Shown: one piece after another, positions 61,924 through 64,000 of the stretch
How the letters are laid out: the number at the start of each line of letters is the position of its first letter
Position numbering within the stretch: position 1 is the stretch's first letter
Source: Candidatus Velesiimonas alkalicola
Lineage (GTDB): Bacteria; Omnitrophota; Gorgyraeia; Velesiimonadales; Velesiimonadaceae
Direction of reading: 5' to 3'
DNA length: 64,000 nucleotides
Assembly (NCBI GenBank): GCA_013626165.1
Contig: NDHX01000008.1
Location: 3,316 to 67,315 of the forward strand
Notes under the pieces: model-generated
What the model saw: only the letters and a program-made list of their open reading frames with translations
The model's database searches: none
What the model was told of the DNA's origin: nothing
Program-made: the position numbers and the translations under genes

Positions 61924-62544
61924 ATGCAATTAAAAGATTTAATTCAGGAAAGAAGGTCTGTAAATTTTTTTGACACCACCAAATCCGTAGATGAGGCTAC
62001 TATAAAAAAAATTTATGATATAGCCAAACTATGTCCCTCATCTTTTAATCTCCAACCCTGGAAATTCATACTTGTTACAAAACCCGAAAACAAGCAAAAG
62101 CTAAGACAATGTGCATTAAACCAGCCTAAGGTTGAAGAGGCACCTGCTATGCTAATTATTCTTGCCGATAAAAACGGGTATGACCGAATGAACGAAATAT
62201 TTGATGATATGGTTGAAAAGGGATACCATAAGGAAGAAGAAAGGCAGTCATTGAATGGTCTTGCCCGGATGCTTTATGGAGGCGATATGAATTCAAGAGG
62301 ACTGGCTTTAAGAAATGCAGGGCTTTTTACTATGAGTTTTATGCTTGTTGCAAAAGATATGGGCATTGATACACATCCTATGGATGGGTTTGAACAGGAC
62401 AGGGTTAAAAAAGCGTTTAATATCCCCGATAGATATGAGGTTGCAATGCTTATGGCAGTGGGTTTTTATAATAAAAGCAATCCGCTTCTTCCAAGATTAA
62501 AAAGAAAGGACTTTGAAGAAACGGTTATAAGAGAAGGATTTTGA
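61924..62544 (+). CDS. Nitroreductase family protein
   Basis: RRSV..F, PSS.N.QPW, THPMDGF. Confidence 0.9.
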   Translation: MQLKDLIQERRSVNFFDTTKSVDEATIKKIYDIAKLCPSSFNLQPWKFILVTKPENKQKLRQCALNQPKVEEAPAMLIILADKNGYDRMNEIFDDMVEKGYHKEEERQSLNGLARMLYGGDMNSRGLALRNAGLFTMSFMLVAKDMGIDTHPMDGFEQDRVKKAFNIPDRYEVAMLMAVGFYNKSNPLLPRLKRKDFEETVIREGF

Positions 62545-62586
62545 TACGAATCAGGGACTGGCGACAGGGTTTCAAGGGCAAAACTT

Positions 62587-64000
62587 ATGAGAAAAGAATT
62601 TACCATAACAATAACCGGTGAAGCAGGACAGGGAATGCAAACAATAGGTATGGTTTTGTGTGGCCTGTTTAAAAATACAGGCTGTCATATATTTGCAAAC
62701 CAGGATTATATGTCCCGCATAAGAGGAGGAAATAACTTTTTTCAGATAAGGATATCAAATACTCCTGCGTATACCCTTCGTCAGAAATTTGACATTGTTG
62801 TTGCGCTGGATAAAAACAGCGTTGAAATCCATAAACATAAACTTGCAAAAAACGGAATCATAATAGCAGATAAAAAACAGTTTAAAATATTGCAAGACGA
62901 TATTTTTGATGTTCCCTTCTATGATATAGCAAAAAAATATGGCTCTGAAATATTTATAAACTCTGTTGCCTGTGGCGTGGTGTTAAGTATTACAGGCATT
63001 GATTTTAAAATCTTAGAGGATAGTTTAAAACAAGCATTTTCCGATAAGACGACTCAGATAATAGAAAACAATATTGCATCTGCAAAACAAGGCTATGATT
63101 TTACAACGCAAGAATATAAACAGGATACATACAAGATAGTATGTTGCAGACCCACTAAAAAGTTTTTAATGAACGGCAATGATGCCATTGCACTTGGGGC
63201 CATAAAAGCAGGCTGCAAATTTTATACGGCATATCCGATGACCCCTTCTACAAGCATAATGAATGTTATTGCACATTTTGCAAAAAACTACAATATTGTT
63301 ATTGAACAGGCAGAGGATGAAATTGCTGCAATAAACATGGCAATAGGCGCATCTTTTGCAGGTGTTCGTTCAATGTCCGGAACATCGGGCGGAGGTCTTG
63401 CCCTTATGGTTGAAGGGGTAAGCCTTTCCGGTATGACAGAAACACCCGTTGTAATTGTTGATGCACAGAGGCCGGCCCCTGCCACAGGTTTTCCGACGAG
63501 AACAGAACAGGCAGATTTAAATTTTGTTCTCCATAGCGGGCATGGTGAATTTGCAAGGGCAATATTTACACCCGGCACGATTGAACAGGCGTTCTATTTA
63601 ACGATAAAAGCATTTGATATTGCTGAAAAATATCAGATACCGGTTTTTATTATGACGGACCAGCACCTTGCAGATTCTTACAGGGATGTAATCCTTGATC
63701 CAAATTCTATGATTACAAAAAGACATATCATAGGGAAAGATGAATCGGAGGGTGTGAATTCATACAAAAGATATACTCTTACAGAAAATGGGATATCTCC
63801 TCGTGCAATTCCTTCCTGGATAAAAGGTGTAATATATGTTGATAGCGATGAGCACACAGAAGAAGGACACATAACCGAAGATGCAGAGATAAGAAACAGA
63901 ATGGTAGAAAAAAGATTTTACAAAAAAATGAAGGGTTTAATGCAGGAGGTTCAGTCTCCTGAAACCTACAACGAAGATGCAGAGATAATCCTTGTCGGTT
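62587..64000 (+). CDS. 2-oxoacid:acceptor oxidoreductase alpha subunit (partial, runs off the right edge)
   Basis: Hand translation: GEAGQG, SRIRGG, GNDAIALG, YPMTPST, EQAEDE, TSGGG, QRP.PATG.PT.TEQ.D, DEH. Confidence 0.92.
   Translation, partial: MRKEFTITITGEAGQGMQTIGMVLCGLFKNTGCHIFANQDYMSRIRGGNNFFQIRISNTPAYTLRQKFDIVVALDKNSVEIHKHKLAKNGIIIADKKQFKILQDDIFDVPFYDIAKKYGSEIFINSVACGVVLSITGIDFKILEDSLKQAFSDKTTQIIENNIASAKQGYDFTTQEYKQDTYKIVCCRPTKKFLMNGNDAIALGAIKAGCKFYTAYPMTPSTSIMNVIAHFAKNYNIVIEQAEDEIAAINMAIGASFAGVRSMSGTSGGGLALMVEGVSLSGMTETPVVIVDAQRPAPATGFPTRTEQADLNFVLHSGHGEFARAIFTPGTIEQAFYLTIKAFDIAEKYQIPVFIMTDQHLADSYRDVILDPNSMITKRHIIGKDESEGVNSYKRYTLTENGISPRAIPSWIKGVIYVDSDEHTEEGHITEDAEIRNRMVEKRFYKKMKGLMQEVQSPETYNEDAEIILVG

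Overview
AT-rich bacterial chromosome segment from the replication-origin neighbourhood of a probable anaerobe. The repeat style and gene set suggest an Omnitrophota/PVC-like uncultured lineage; this is inference only. Core content: Moco biosynthesis (MOSC-MoaB/Mog fusion, moaC, moaA, moeA, fdhD, mobA), dnaA with a candidate oriC, pyrFDK, ruvB, purQFM-rnhA, ribH-nusB-ribD-ribE, lysA-dapFABL-folK-argS, a PHP-shikimate kinase fusion, dprA, dnaN-dciA-gyrB, xylose isomerase-like and xylulokinase genes, trpA, parAB with parS, and yidC-yidD-rnpA-rpmH. Accessory content: (i) a GC-richer fdhF'/tupA'BC block in which both divergent genes lose their 5' ends at one junction; (ii) a decayed integron region (16.7-28.7 kb) with a candidate attI, three attC sites, an intI fragment, a type II R-M cassette and an HsdR_N-coiled-coil-RAMA nuclease cassette, enclosing a ~7 kb oxygen-detoxification gene cluster. 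Non-coding highlights: a mirror-symmetric oriC-like element with non-canonical TT(A/T)TTAACA boxes, two bidirectional sigma70 promoters built on one palindromic -35, a structured non-FMN leader before ribH, and several small palindromic repeat families, some read in frame inside genes. No rRNA, tRNA or CRISPR array was seen.
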